A stretch of DNA of 60,828 nt, from contig DATBWI010000084.1 of the NCBI GenBank assembly GCA_036514855.1, positions 1 through 60,828 on the forward strand, given 5' to 3'. Below, one piece after another: positions 9,986 through 18,601 of the stretch. This DNA comes from Candidatus Bathyarchaeia archaeon. GTDB lineage: Archaea > Thermoproteota > Bathyarchaeia > Bathyarchaeales > Bathycorpusculaceae. Below the pieces are notes generated by a model that saw only the letters and a list, made by a program, of their open reading frames with translations, was not told the origin of the DNA and did not search any database. The position numbers and the translations under genes were made by a program. Position 1 is the stretch's first letter; each line of letters opens with the position of its first letter.

Positions 9986-11343
9986 CTTTTGGCTCTCCGA
10001 ATCACTTGTCCGCTTCCAGCTTCTGCGACAATTTCGCCGTCATCCATGATTAATTCGCCATTAACAAACGTTTTAACGGGTTTTCCTTTCACTTGCCATC
10101 CGTCAAACGGGGAAAACTTTGCCTTTGAATAAAAATTCGCAGCGTCTATTTTGCATCTTCTTTTTAAGTCTACAACTATCAAGTCAGCATTGTTTCCTTC
10201 CTTCAATGAGCCTCTTCCTTTCAAGTTGAAAATTTCCGCTGGTTTTTCCGCCATCAGCCTAGCCACATCGCCTATTGAAAGCATTCCACGATTAACCATC
10301 GTTAACATAAGCGGTAGCATAGTTTCTAAGCCGGATATTCCAACCTTAACATCCCAAACACTCTTCGCTTTCTTCTCTTCCAAAGTGTGAGGCGCATGAT
10401 CCGAGCCTATGGTGTCAACCCAACCAGTCTGAATGCCCTTCCAAAGTGCTTCTGCATGACTGTTCGCCCGCAGAGGAGGCATTGTTAAAGCCAAACTTCC
10501 TTTCTTTTTGAGGTCTTCGTCTGACAATAGTAGATGATGCGGCGTGACCTCGCATGTTGTTTTCATTTCAGACTTTTTTCCATCAACTATTGCTTTTAGA
10601 CCTTTTTCTGTGCTTATGTGACAAAAATGAATGTGCACATTCGTTTGCTTGACTATTTTCAGCAGACGCTCAACAGCATTGGCTTCAACGTTTTCTGAAT
10701 GTGCTTCAAGAAAGGCGTCGACATCATTACGGTTAGCATGTTTAAGCCTTTCTTCAGCTTTCTTAAGGAGTGTTTTGTCTTCTGCGTGAACGGCAACCGG
10801 AACACCAAACTCGCCAGCAGCCTTGAATGCTTTAAGCAAAGCTTCGTCGTCGTCAATGTTTAAACCGCCAATCTGTTCAGCCATGAAAAGCTTGAAGGCT
10901 ACGGAGCCTTCTGCAGTTATTGCCTGCATTTCTTTCAGGTTTTCTGGAAATGCCGAGTAAAAGCCGACGTTGACAAGGATTTTTGTTTCAGCAAGTCGCA
11001 TCCTGTTTTTGATAGTGTCAGCGCTCATGGTTAAGGGGTTGTTGTTGGGCATGTCCAAGACGGTTGTTACGCCGCCAGCGGCAGCGGCTGCTGTTCCGCT
11101 ATTGAAATCTTCTTTGTACGTTTTTCCTTCGTCGCGAAGATGCACGTGAGCATCGATTAAACCTGGCAAGACTAACAGATTTTCTAGGCTAGTTTCCTTT
11201 TCCGCTTTAGGCATGTTTGCTTCTTTGCCTATTTTATGGATTTTCCCGTTATTGACGGCGATGCTGCAAGCTACTATTTTCTTGTCCATGTAAGCCTTGG
11301 CGTGATTTAGGACTAGGTCAACAGTCAAGTTTGCCGCTCTCAA
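9982..11343 (-). CDS. pyrC: dihydroorotase / cyclic amidohydrolase
   Basis: 453 aa. DAHVHLRDEG and GGVTTVLDMPNNNP are present, along with later HAED and SDHAPH motifs. A 4-nt overlap couples it to the downstream gene. Confidence 0.8.
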   Translation of the reverse strand: MRAANLTVDLVLNHAKAYMDKKIVACSIAVNNGKIHKIGKEANMPKAEKETSLENLLVLPGLIDAHVHLRDEGKTYKEDFNSGTAAAAAGGVTTVLDMPNNNPLTMSADTIKNRMRLAETKILVNVGFYSAFPENLKEMQAITAEGSVAFKLFMAEQIGGLNIDDDEALLKAFKAAGEFGVPVAVHAEDKTLLKKAEERLKHANRNDVDAFLEAHSENVEANAVERLLKIVKQTNVHIHFCHISTEKGLKAIVDGKKSEMKTTCEVTPHHLLLSDEDLKKKGSLALTMPPLRANSHAEALWKGIQTGWVDTIGSDHAPHTLEEKKAKSVWDVKVGISGLETMLPLMLTMVNRGMLSIGDVARLMAEKPAEIFNLKGRGSLKEGNNADLIVVDLKRRCKIDAANFYSKAKFSPFDGWQVKGKPVKTFVNGELIMDDGEIVAEAGSGQVIRRAKS

Positions 11344-11675
11344 ATTTTCCTAAATAATGTAGAATAGGGTAAAGCGTAAAAAGCTATTCTATTACTCTAC
11401 CATGTATCTAAATGATTGAATTCATGTTGGGGTCAAAAGCCAGAGATCACGTACTCTAAGACTCTGTTACTACCTATCATTCATTATGCACAATTCAAAT
11501 GTTGCGTTAGGTTATTGTTTTGGGAGTTTTGCCAGGATGCACACTCTATATTAGCGCGCTCCCAAATTGATTGTGTTTAAGATAACCTTGGTTCACAAAG
11601 GGCTTAATCCCGAAACCACATTTACTAATCAAGTTTTCTTCTAGGATTAGATATCATAGTTTATGTCTTAAGAAA

Positions 11676-12161
11676 CTATTCAGAGTGGAACAGCAATATC
11701 TTCTTTTTCTTTCCCTTGAACGTAACGTCAAAATTATCGAGAATACCTCTTCCCATCAAAGGTTCCACTATCTCAATTTCCTTTTTTTCTTCCTCGAAGA
11801 ATTTCTCCGGGTCTATGACACTTGCAATGACTTTTTGCTCATTTCCATCTATTTCGCATGTTACTTCATATAGATCTGCATTTATAATGTGCCCATCAGC
11901 AACGGAGACTGGAATTGGTTCTTTGTTGACCTTCTTCCCCAGTGTTAAACCTTCTTTTTCTACGTATGACTTACAGAAGTGAATGCAGGAAGTGCAACCT
12001 GTGTCAGCAAGAGCGACTATCCTTTTTCTAGATGTGTCTGAGCCAACGGTTACTTCTAGAAAAGGGAAATATTGGTTCGTTTCTTTGTAATAAGTATATT
12101 CTTTCTCGTGGAAAGGAATGTGGGCGTTTTTCTTTTTCGCCTCTTCAGACTCTATAGACAT
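11676..12161 (-). CDS. retropepsin-like (clan AA) aspartic protease
   Basis: 161 aa. The active-site context is IVALADTGCT (D-T-G) and the C-terminal MGRGILDNFDVTF is typical of the dimeric retropepsin fold. It overlaps the upstream ORF by 17 nt. Confidence 0.75.
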   Translation of the reverse strand: MSIESEEAKKKNAHIPFHEKEYTYYKETNQYFPFLEVTVGSDTSRKRIVALADTGCTSCIHFCKSYVEKEGLTLGKKVNKEPIPVSVADGHIINADLYEVTCEIDGNEQKVIASVIDPEKFFEEEKKEIEIVEPLMGRGILDNFDVTFKGKKKKILLFHSE

Positions 12162-12600
12162 AACTATACCCTATCCTTCGAAAATCAAACTGATCCTTTC
12201 CAGTTTTTTCCTTAGCATTGTTATAAGCCTCGAGAATAGTGTCGCCAATACCAACAACTTCCAGTGAATCTGCATCTATTGCCACAATCTTTCCGAAATA
12301 CTTCGTCTCGAGTTCTTTCTTATTTAGTTCAACCACAAAATCAGCTTTAGTAAGCTTTCTCTTCCCTCCAGCCCTTTTCTCCAAATATTGGACTCTCTTT
12401 TTTAAGGCATCTATTTCTTCATAGATGTCACGTCCTGACCTTTGCACTATTAGTTCCTTGAAGATTTCGTTTAAAGAGGAAGAAGCGAGGATGAGGCGAC
12501 TAGTCATTTCATCTTTAAGAATTCCCCACTTCTTCATCTTCTCTCGCAGATAATCCTCTGAATAATCTTGTTCGTTTTCTTCTGTATATGTGTAGGCCAT
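12145..12600 (-). CDS. hypothetical protein, coiled-coil N-terminus plus small C-terminal DUF5678-like domain
   Basis: 151 aa. The C-terminus FGKIVAIDADSLEVVGIGDTILEAYNNAKEKTGKD resembles the small archaeal DUF5678-type domain (from memory). It is translationally coupled to the protease gene. Confidence 0.6.
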   Translation of the reverse strand: MAYTYTEENEQDYSEDYLREKMKKWGILKDEMTSRLILASSSLNEIFKELIVQRSGRDIYEEIDALKKRVQYLEKRAGGKRKLTKADFVVELNKKELETKYFGKIVAIDADSLEVVGIGDTILEAYNNAKEKTGKDQFDFRRIGYSYVYRV

Positions 12601-12606
12601 TTATCT

Positions 12607-13263
12607 TCATAACTCCATTTCAATCAGTTTCTTGACAATTTGAATGGGGTGATCCAGCTCGCTAATCTCCCTTTCTATAAGATTAAATGGCAATTTATCC
12701 TTATAAACCGTATGAGAACCACAGATTTCAAGAGTCTGCCCCCCCGAGGTGAGAGATGACACGTAGAAATCTTTTTCACCCACCTTATATTCAAAGGCTA
12801 CGGATATGGGCTGAATTGTCTGTCGAAGGAGATCACCAATTTTCGCAATTTTGTTTTCGCCAACTATTTTCTTTGCCAAATCGTAGGTTTTGGTAGAGCG
12901 AACTGTAATTGATGAAGTGACTACCGCCCCCACAGCCTTTTCGCTAAGGATTGTGTTCATGTAACTAACAATCTTGTTTCCTATTTCATTTATATCTGCT
13001 TTATTCTTGTCTGGGTCATTAATTACTGCGCGAAAAGACATTCTCTTTGCAAGAGTGATAATAAGCATGAAGTTGTCGGAATCAAAGAGGATTTGTTTTA
13101 TTCTTTTTCTTAATTTGATTTTAGCTGTAAACGCTTCTCTGTTTTCTTGTATAAAGGAATTGAATTTAGTAAATATCGAGTCCCTTTCCTCAGTTTTCAG
13201 AGCGCTCGGAAATCTAATATTGCATTCGTATACAGTAGTTTGCGTTTCTTTTTGCTCGGACAA
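12607..13263 (-). CDS. hypothetical protein (no recognisable motif)
   Basis: 218-aa ORF with a TTG start, first gene of the compact three-gene cassette. A 6-nt gap separates it from the next ORF. Confidence 0.6.
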   Translation of the reverse strand: MSEQKETQTTVYECNIRFPSALKTEERDSIFTKFNSFIQENREAFTAKIKLRKRIKQILFDSDNFMLIITLAKRMSFRAVINDPDKNKADINEIGNKIVSYMNTILSEKAVGAVVTSSITVRSTKTYDLAKKIVGENKIAKIGDLLRQTIQPISVAFEYKVGEKDFYVSSLTSGGQTLEICGSHTVYKDKLPFNLIEREISELDHPIQIVKKLIEMEL

Positions 13264-13508
13264 GGTAGTCCACTATAATTGAGTTTCTTCTACTTTAATA
13301 TATTACTTTGTTTTACTCTTTATGAATTCGTGATCTTGTTTTATAGGTTGTGGCATAGCTGCAATATCTGTAATTCTCGCAATAGGTTTCGCGGCTTGCA
13401 AATAGCGCAGTAATGGGGGTCATCTAGGACATATAAATGTGCCACGTCAGATCATGTTTCATTTTGCTTTGAAGCTATGAAGAACATACAGACTTAGCTA
13501 ATACAAGT

Positions 13509-14468
13509 CTATTCTATTATTTTGAAGAAGTCTCTTTCAGTTATTATGCCCACGAGTTTTTGGTTTTTGACAACTGGCACTGCTCCTACGTTTTTCTCTC
13601 GCATTATCTTCGCTGCTTGCCCAACATCTGCTTCCGGCTCAATTGTTACTACTTGCCTTGTTGCTATTTCAAGCGCCGGTGTATTCAAGACCTGTATGAT
13701 AGTTCCTGACCTCAAGTGCGCGAATACTTCTCCTGAACCAAAGAATCGAATGATGTCCATGATTGTCATTATAGCCACGAGTTTTCCGTCAGAGACTATT
13801 GGCAGTCTCCTGAACCCTTCTGCTATCATTGTTTTTTCTGCTTCAAATATAGTTGTTTTGGGTAATGCGGTGACTATCTTTTCTGACATGAGTTGCGCCA
13901 CTTTAACGCCGCTTATTCTGTCGGCAAACATGCCTGCAATGTCTCTCTCTGTTATTATTGCTCTCACGTGATTATCATTGTCGATCACTGGCAAACCGCC
14001 GAGGTTTTTCTCCTTCATGGTTTCTATTGCTTCGTTTACCTTTGCTGAAGTATTTACTGAAACCACTTTCTTGGTCATTATGAGCCTTATCGGCTCGTTT
14101 ATTGCTTTGAAAAAGTTGCCGCCGAATTTCTGCTGAATGATCTCAAATTTTTCTCCGCCGCCTAGGTAGTCGATGATGTCTGTGGCTGTTATGATCCCTT
14201 CCAGCGTTTTGCTTCCGGGACTGGCGATCGGAACGCGCCGGAATCCTTTCTTAACCATTATCTGGACTGCGTCATAAATCGGCGTTGTAGAAGCCATAGT
14301 TACGACTGGACTTTTGGCAACTTGCAGTATTTCTCCTTCCCGTTTCTTTGACGGATGCGTCTTCAGAGAAAGTGGACCACCATCTTTTAATGTTCTCCTA
14401 AAAGTTTCTCTGCTCACCTTACTTTCCTCCTCACTCAAAGATGAGTCGGGCAATATCTTCTCTGTCAA
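13509..14468 (-). CDS. CBS domain protein (two CBS pairs)
   Basis: 319 aa with four repeats of the CBS pattern (e.g. GGLPVIDNDNHVRAIITERDI, GAVPVVKNQKLVGIITERDF). Confidence 0.85.
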   Translation of the reverse strand: MTEKILPDSSLSEEESKVSRETFRRTLKDGGPLSLKTHPSKKREGEILQVAKSPVVTMASTTPIYDAVQIMVKKGFRRVPIASPGSKTLEGIITATDIIDYLGGGEKFEIIQQKFGGNFFKAINEPIRLIMTKKVVSVNTSAKVNEAIETMKEKNLGGLPVIDNDNHVRAIITERDIAGMFADRISGVKVAQLMSEKIVTALPKTTIFEAEKTMIAEGFRRLPIVSDGKLVAIMTIMDIIRFFGSGEVFAHLRSGTIIQVLNTPALEIATRQVVTIEPEADVGQAAKIMREKNVGAVPVVKNQKLVGIITERDFFKIIE

Positions 14469-15216
14469 CTATGCCGAGTAGCTTGCCGTCTTCATCGACC
14501 ACTGGGACTCTTCCAATATCCTTCGAAACCATTATTTTTGCCACTCTGATCGCCTTTATTGAGGGTTCCACGGTCACTATTCCAGTTCTCATTATTGAAG
14601 AAACCTTTGAAGGCGCCATAAATCGTCCTTTCTTAGCCTCGAAAGTTGGCAGAGTTGTTCCTTTTTCAAGAAGGTCTCTCTCTGTTACGATGCCGATCAG
14701 CTTGTCTTTTTTCACAACGGGCAGTCCGGCTAAAGATTTGGTCTGCATTAAGCGCCAAATGTTGTCAACTTCATCTTCCGGAGAACAGGTCACAACATTT
14801 TTGGACATCAGTTCAGAAACGTTTTTCGAGAATTTTTCTGGGCTTGTCTTGATTGTTGCTGCAATGAAGTTTTCCAGTCCTAGAACTCCCACGCAGGCTT
14901 TCTCTTGAACAGAGTTCACCACGGGAATTTGCCATTCATCCAGCTTAATCATCTTTCTAACTGTTTCATTTACATCGTCATCCGCTAACGCCGTTATCTT
15001 CGGGTCTGCCATTATGCCCTTAACCCTTATCGGCGAGATAGAAGATGATATGATCATCACGGTTCGGCGTGAAACTGTGCCCAAAAGTTTTCGGTGTTCA
15101 CCGACAACGGGAAGAATCCTTAAAGCCAAGTCACGTATTGTTGCGCGGGCTTTTGTCGCTAGTTCATCTTCATAAATGAACGCGTGCTTTTCATCCATGA
15201 TTTCTTTAACACGCAA
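14431..15216 (-). CDS. CBS domain protein
   Basis: 261 aa with repeated CBS signatures (LPVVKKDKLIGIVTERDLL, VPVVDEDGKLLGIVDREDI). It overlaps the next gene by 38 nt. Confidence 0.85.
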   Translation of the reverse strand: MRVKEIMDEKHAFIYEDELATKARATIRDLALRILPVVGEHRKLLGTVSRRTVMIISSSISPIRVKGIMADPKITALADDDVNETVRKMIKLDEWQIPVVNSVQEKACVGVLGLENFIAATIKTSPEKFSKNVSELMSKNVVTCSPEDEVDNIWRLMQTKSLAGLPVVKKDKLIGIVTERDLLEKGTTLPTFEAKKGRFMAPSKVSSIMRTGIVTVEPSIKAIRVAKIMVSKDIGRVPVVDEDGKLLGIVDREDIARLIFE

Positions 15217-15226
15217 GCAATCGCCT

Positions 15227-15841
15227 CTATTCTTCCTCTTCTTCCTTCAGTTCGATTCTGCAGTCTTCGCAGAGGAATTGTCCCTCAGCTTCTTTGAGGT
15301 CGTCGGACCATCCTCCGCATCGGTCGCAGTATCCGGTAAGAGGTGAGGGTTCTTCCTCAGCTTCTTCAGCCCTGTTTTCTCCCTCTATGAGGGCGCGTTC
15401 CTGAATGGTTTCTATTAGTTCGGGCATGACGGCTAAGATGTCTTTGCTTGAGAGCAATCCAACAAGCTGACTTCTGTATATGACTCCCAACCGCCTAACG
15501 TCCAGTCTACTCATCCTTCTTGCTGCGTCGCTTATTGTTGCTTCAGGCTCTATCGTGATCAGAGGCGTGGTCATAACCTCTTTTGCTGTGATGGAGTCGG
15601 GTTTTAGGTTTTTGGCTAGAACCCTTGCGACCAAGTCTCGTTCTGTGATGATTCCGAGAGGTTTGCCTTCTTTGCTTGTCACTATCACGCAGCCTAAGCC
15701 TTGTTTGTCCATGAGATCGGCAGCGCGGTTTGCTGTGGCATTTTCTTCGATAGTCACAACTGGACTGCTCATAACGTCTTTAACTAGCATTTTAGACCTT
15801 AATCCGATGTCAGCCATCAGTATCAGCCAACTTTCATACAT
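15227..15841 (-). CDS. CBS pair protein with C-terminal zinc ribbon
   Basis: 204 aa. It has CBS signatures (VIVTSKEGKPLGIITERDLV) and a C-terminal CDRCGG...CEDC. The start could be an internal Met. Confidence 0.8.
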   Translation of the reverse strand: MYESWLILMADIGLRSKMLVKDVMSSPVVTIEENATANRAADLMDKQGLGCVIVTSKEGKPLGIITERDLVARVLAKNLKPDSITAKEVMTTPLITIEPEATISDAARRMSRLDVRRLGVIYRSQLVGLLSSKDILAVMPELIETIQERALIEGENRAEEAEEEPSPLTGYCDRCGGWSDDLKEAEGQFLCEDCRIELKEEEEE

Positions 15842-16095
15842 ATTCTAATATTCTTGACTTTCACTCAACTCAAAACAAGTATCCTCCATTTAAAACTTGC
15901 CGTGTTCCGACCTGACGTTAACTAGTTGAGCAAAGTTTCATGTCCCTCTATAAAAAATGAAACCTTACCGCCAAAAATCATTTAGGTACTACTCTATTCA
16001 GCCCACCAAGTTTTGGCAATAATATCCTTTCCTTGGCGGTTTTATATCATGTCCAAAGGCTTTAATCCGGCTGGTTCACATATTAAGACAGAGAG

Positions 16096-16842
16096 ATGAG
16101 GTTTATGTCTGAAAAAAAAGAGGAACATTTGTTGAAGGAGCTATGTAGAGAGGATGCAGGATTATATGATGTTCTCGGAAGTTACCTGTATCTAGACCCT
16201 AGAGGGGCCATATCACAAAAGGATCTCGAGACCCTTATCGAGGAAGCAGAGAAAAGTATCAAGGATGAAAATTGCCGAGAAACAAGGCAGAAATGTATGC
16301 GGGCAGTGGATAAGGCCATTTTCGAGGCCACTCAAAATCCAGAAGAAAAGAGTAGATACATTAAGGTTATCCAAGACCTCGCGTCGAAGACTGTAAAGGT
16401 GACAGAGAAAGAGAAAGAGATCGCAGAGAAGGAAGGATCCGCTAATTATGCCTCTTCCCTTGAAGGAAGCATTAAAAAATGTAAAGTTTTGAGTGAAAGA
16501 ATTGAAGATGTTATAAGAATAGCTTCTCTCTTTTACAACGAGAGATTAGAAGAGCTGGGAGCAAGTGACAGGCGAGAAGAGAGAAGAGAAGAGAGAAGAG
16601 GCGTTGTATTGAAAGAGGAAAGGGAAGAGAGAGAAGCAAAGTATAGTCGAGAAGCGAGAAGAAAAAAGATGGGAAGAGGCGAAAGAAGAGAAGCTGAGAA
16701 AGAAGACAAAGAAGAAGACAAGAAAGAAGAAACGAGAGGAGAAGCAAGAAGAAAAGAAGGCAAAGAAACTGAAAAAGAAGAGGACAGAGTGGAAGAGAAA
16801 GAAAGAGAGAAACGAGAAGCGAAAAGAAAAGAACTCAAATAA
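16096..16842 (+). CDS. hypothetical helical protein with an extreme E/K/R-rich C-terminal tail
   Basis: 248 aa. The last ~95 residues are almost only E, K and R (REERREERRG...EKEREKREAKRKELK), encoded by a polypurine tract. Confidence 0.6.
   Translation: MRFMSEKKEEHLLKELCREDAGLYDVLGSYLYLDPRGAISQKDLETLIEEAEKSIKDENCRETRQKCMRAVDKAIFEATQNPEEKSRYIKVIQDLASKTVKVTEKEKEIAEKEGSANYASSLEGSIKKCKVLSERIEDVIRIASLFYNERLEELGASDRREERREERRGVVLKEEREEREAKYSREARRKKMGRGERREAEKEDKEEDKKEETRGEARRKEGKETEKEEDRVEEKEREKREAKRKELK
16566..16842 (+). repeat. polypurine (GA-rich) low-complexity tract
   Basis: About 280 nt that is almost entirely A/G on the plus strand. It creates spurious S/L/F-rich ORFs on the minus strand. 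Confidence 0.85.
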
Positions 16843-16998
16843 GACGCGCCAATATTCCAGAACACGAGCCCCGACAACAGAATCGCATTCCCGTTCTACC
16901 TCAAAAACGGTTACGTGCCAGAGGGTATCTTCTCCGACTTCTACGGTGACGGAAAGGACATCCTAGTGCTCGGCAAATTTATAAGCCGGTCAAACTGA
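16843..16998 (+). pseudogene. C-terminal remnant of a GNAT-family N-acetyltransferase
   Basis: It translates to DAPIFQNTSPDNRIAFPFYLKNGYVPEGIFSDFYGDGKDILVLGKFISRSN*. The N..A..FY.K.GY ... G.D..vl.K pattern is the GNAT C-terminus. It lies in frame directly after the TAA of the preceding ORF, and no N-terminal GNAT part is present. Confidence 0.55.
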
Positions 16999-17023
16999 AC
17001 AGTCGCCCTGCCGGATGCAGTTG

Positions 17024-17039
17024 GATAAAACTTTACCCC
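17024..17039 (+). repeat. 16-nt exact direct repeat, copy 1 (GATAAAACTTTACCCC)
   Basis: An identical 16-mer recurs at 22682-22697. Together they bracket the small-ORF cluster and the grpE-dnaK-dnaJ operon. Confidence 0.6.
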
Positions 17040-17092
17040 TCATGCCAGTATTCAGGCAGGCTAACCGTTAGTCATCACACAAGGGTGAAATT

Positions 17093-17278
17093 TTATCTTT
17101 CCCCTGATTTTTGTTTCTTACTTTGTAACGGAGCAGGGTGTCCGCATTTCCAGTCTATCGGGCGGCCTAGACTGTCATGTTTTTCCTGTACTTTAGGAAC
17201 TCTGCATCCACAGAACGCGCACCAGTAATCACAGTTGAAATCTATGTATCCTCCTGATGGGGGAAAGTTTTTTCCCAA
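17093..17278 (-). CDS. small Cys-rich hypothetical protein
   Basis: 61 aa containing CDYWCAFCGC...WKCGH, possibly a zinc-binding site. There is no family assignment. Confidence 0.35.
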   Translation of the reverse strand: MGKNFPPSGGYIDFNCDYWCAFCGCRVPKVQEKHDSLGRPIDWKCGHPAPLQSKKQKSGER

Positions 17279-17325
17279 AACTTAAAAAAGTGAGCGTCCG
17301 CTAAATCTTGGTTAAGATGGATTGA

Positions 17326-17559
17326 ATGGAAAAGGAGACTAGGGAGGCTCAAACTAGATTCTTCGAGGACTTGGAAAACGCAGCGCGTGAAAAACTTATG
17401 ACACTGCCAAAAGACGTGACATTTTTGTTTTTTCAAAAACTTTCAGAATTAATGATTAGCGGCGAACGTGAGAGGTCTTGGCAATTGTTCTTTGACTGGC
17501 TTGCTAACAAAAAGGCTGCAGAAGACATAGTCTCGGAACTTGAAACTCAAGACGAGTAA
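17326..17559 (+). CDS. hypothetical acidic helical protein
   Basis: 77-aa ORF, divergent from the Cys-rich ORF, with no motif. Confidence 0.4.
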   Translation: MEKETREAQTRFFEDLENAAREKLMTLPKDVTFLFFQKLSELMISGERERSWQLFFDWLANKKAAEDIVSELETQDE

Positions 17560-17786
17560 GCGTCTGCTTTCCAAAACCCAACACGCGCGCTTAATGGAAT
17601 AAAGAGCATGAATATAACCTGTGCTTGAAGCGAAAGAAAGCCGAAAAAGAGTCTTTCGCCAAAATAGTCCTTATCCTCAGAAAGTTGCTTGTTGGTGGGG
17701 GTGAAGACAAACTCGAAGCGTGGAACTTTTGTTGAGGGGCCAGTCATGATGTATGGCTTGTTCGTGCGTCTATCTGTCTTTGGCAA
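17547..17786 (-). CDS. hypothetical small protein with a hydrophobic C-terminal segment
   Basis: 79 aa. LFFGFLSLQAQVIFMLFIPLSA looks like a TM helix. It starts 17 nt inside the upstream RHH ORF. Confidence 0.35.
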   Translation of the reverse strand: MPKTDRRTNKPYIMTGPSTKVPRFEFVFTPTNKQLSEDKDYFGERLFFGFLSLQAQVIFMLFIPLSARVGFWKADAYSS

Positions 17787-17913
17787 CCCATGTTCTTACA
17801 CATTCTTCGACAGCCTTTGAGAGGTCGCCTTTCTTGCCGCCAAATCTTTCGATGGTTTTGAATCTGAGCTTCTTTTCCAGTTCATCTGGGATCTCCACGC
17901 AAATTCGCCCCAT
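17770..17913 (-). CDS. ribbon-helix-helix (CopG-like) small protein
   Basis: 47-aa ORF below the track cutoff: MGRICVEIPDELEKKLRFKTIERFGGKKGDLSKAVEECVRTWVAKDR. It shows the beta-strand then helix-helix pattern of RHH proteins. Confidence 0.5.
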   Translation of the reverse strand: MGRICVEIPDELEKKLRFKTIERFGGKKGDLSKAVEECVRTWVAKDR

Positions 17914-18246
17914 TTTAATTACCAACCTGTTTTTGTATATGCTTCAATTTATGTGCGCGATTCGCACGTGTCAACTGTTCTTCCAATAAGCAAATTGCCA
18001 TATGCCAAGTATTGCTCTTGTTTCTGTTGTCATTGTACATCCATCCTTTTTGCTTATCCTTATAGTGTATTGTGTGCATACTCGCTTATAAGTGTATCGG
18101 CTTAATTCTTTAAGCGCTTAAGTCTCCATCTGGAGACATGCAATCTTATTTCCGCGAACAGCAAAAGAAAGAGCGTGCGCTTTTCTCGATCTTCTCTATG
18201 GTTTATCTTCGCCGTGTTTTAGCTTTGAGTTTTGCGATCAATCGCT

Positions 18247-18495
18247 TCAGAAGTTGCCGCCTGCACGAGCAAATTTGAACTTTCTATCTGATTCCTCGAT
18301 TGAGCGATCTCGATCGATCGACGCTTGCTTGATATAGTTGTGTTCGCTCAGGTAGGCGATCACGATTGATCTGACTATTTCTGCATCTTCTGTTCCAAAA
18401 CCTTTCAATGATCGGATAATCTTCATCTGGTCTTCATCGAAAGTCACATTAACTAGTTTGTGCGAGTTTGCGCTTCGATCAATCACATTTGTCAT
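18247..18495 (-). CDS. hypothetical small protein (RHH-like N-terminus?)
   Basis: 82 aa. KLVNVTFDEDQMKIIRSLKGFGTEDAEIVRSIVIAYL has a strand-helix-helix flavour. Confidence 0.45.
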   Translation of the reverse strand: MTNVIDRSANSHKLVNVTFDEDQMKIIRSLKGFGTEDAEIVRSIVIAYLSEHNYIKQASIDRDRSIEESDRKFKFARAGGNF

Positions 18496-18601
18496 CTATT
18501 CTTTCATCTCCGTGCTTTTTCATGTATTCTTTGATGGCTTTGGCCGTTTCCTCGCTTACTCTCCAGCTGGTCCGTGCTTCTGAATAACAAAGAGGAGCCA
18601 T
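18479..18601 (-). CDS. alternative-frame RHH-like micro-ORF (possible 3' part of a frameshifted gene)
   Basis: MAPLCYSEARTSWRVSEETAKAIKEYMKKHGDERIDDKCD. It looks more protein-like than the C-terminal third of ORF 18504-18731, which covers the same DNA in another frame. Confidence 0.3.
   Translation of the reverse strand: MAPLCYSEARTSWRVSEETAKAIKEYMKKHGDERIDDKCD

Noticed and set aside
16511-16877. S/L/F-rich minus-strand ORFs (78 and 114 aa)
   Set aside because: They are artefacts of the complementary polypyrimidine run opposite the GA-rich coding tract.
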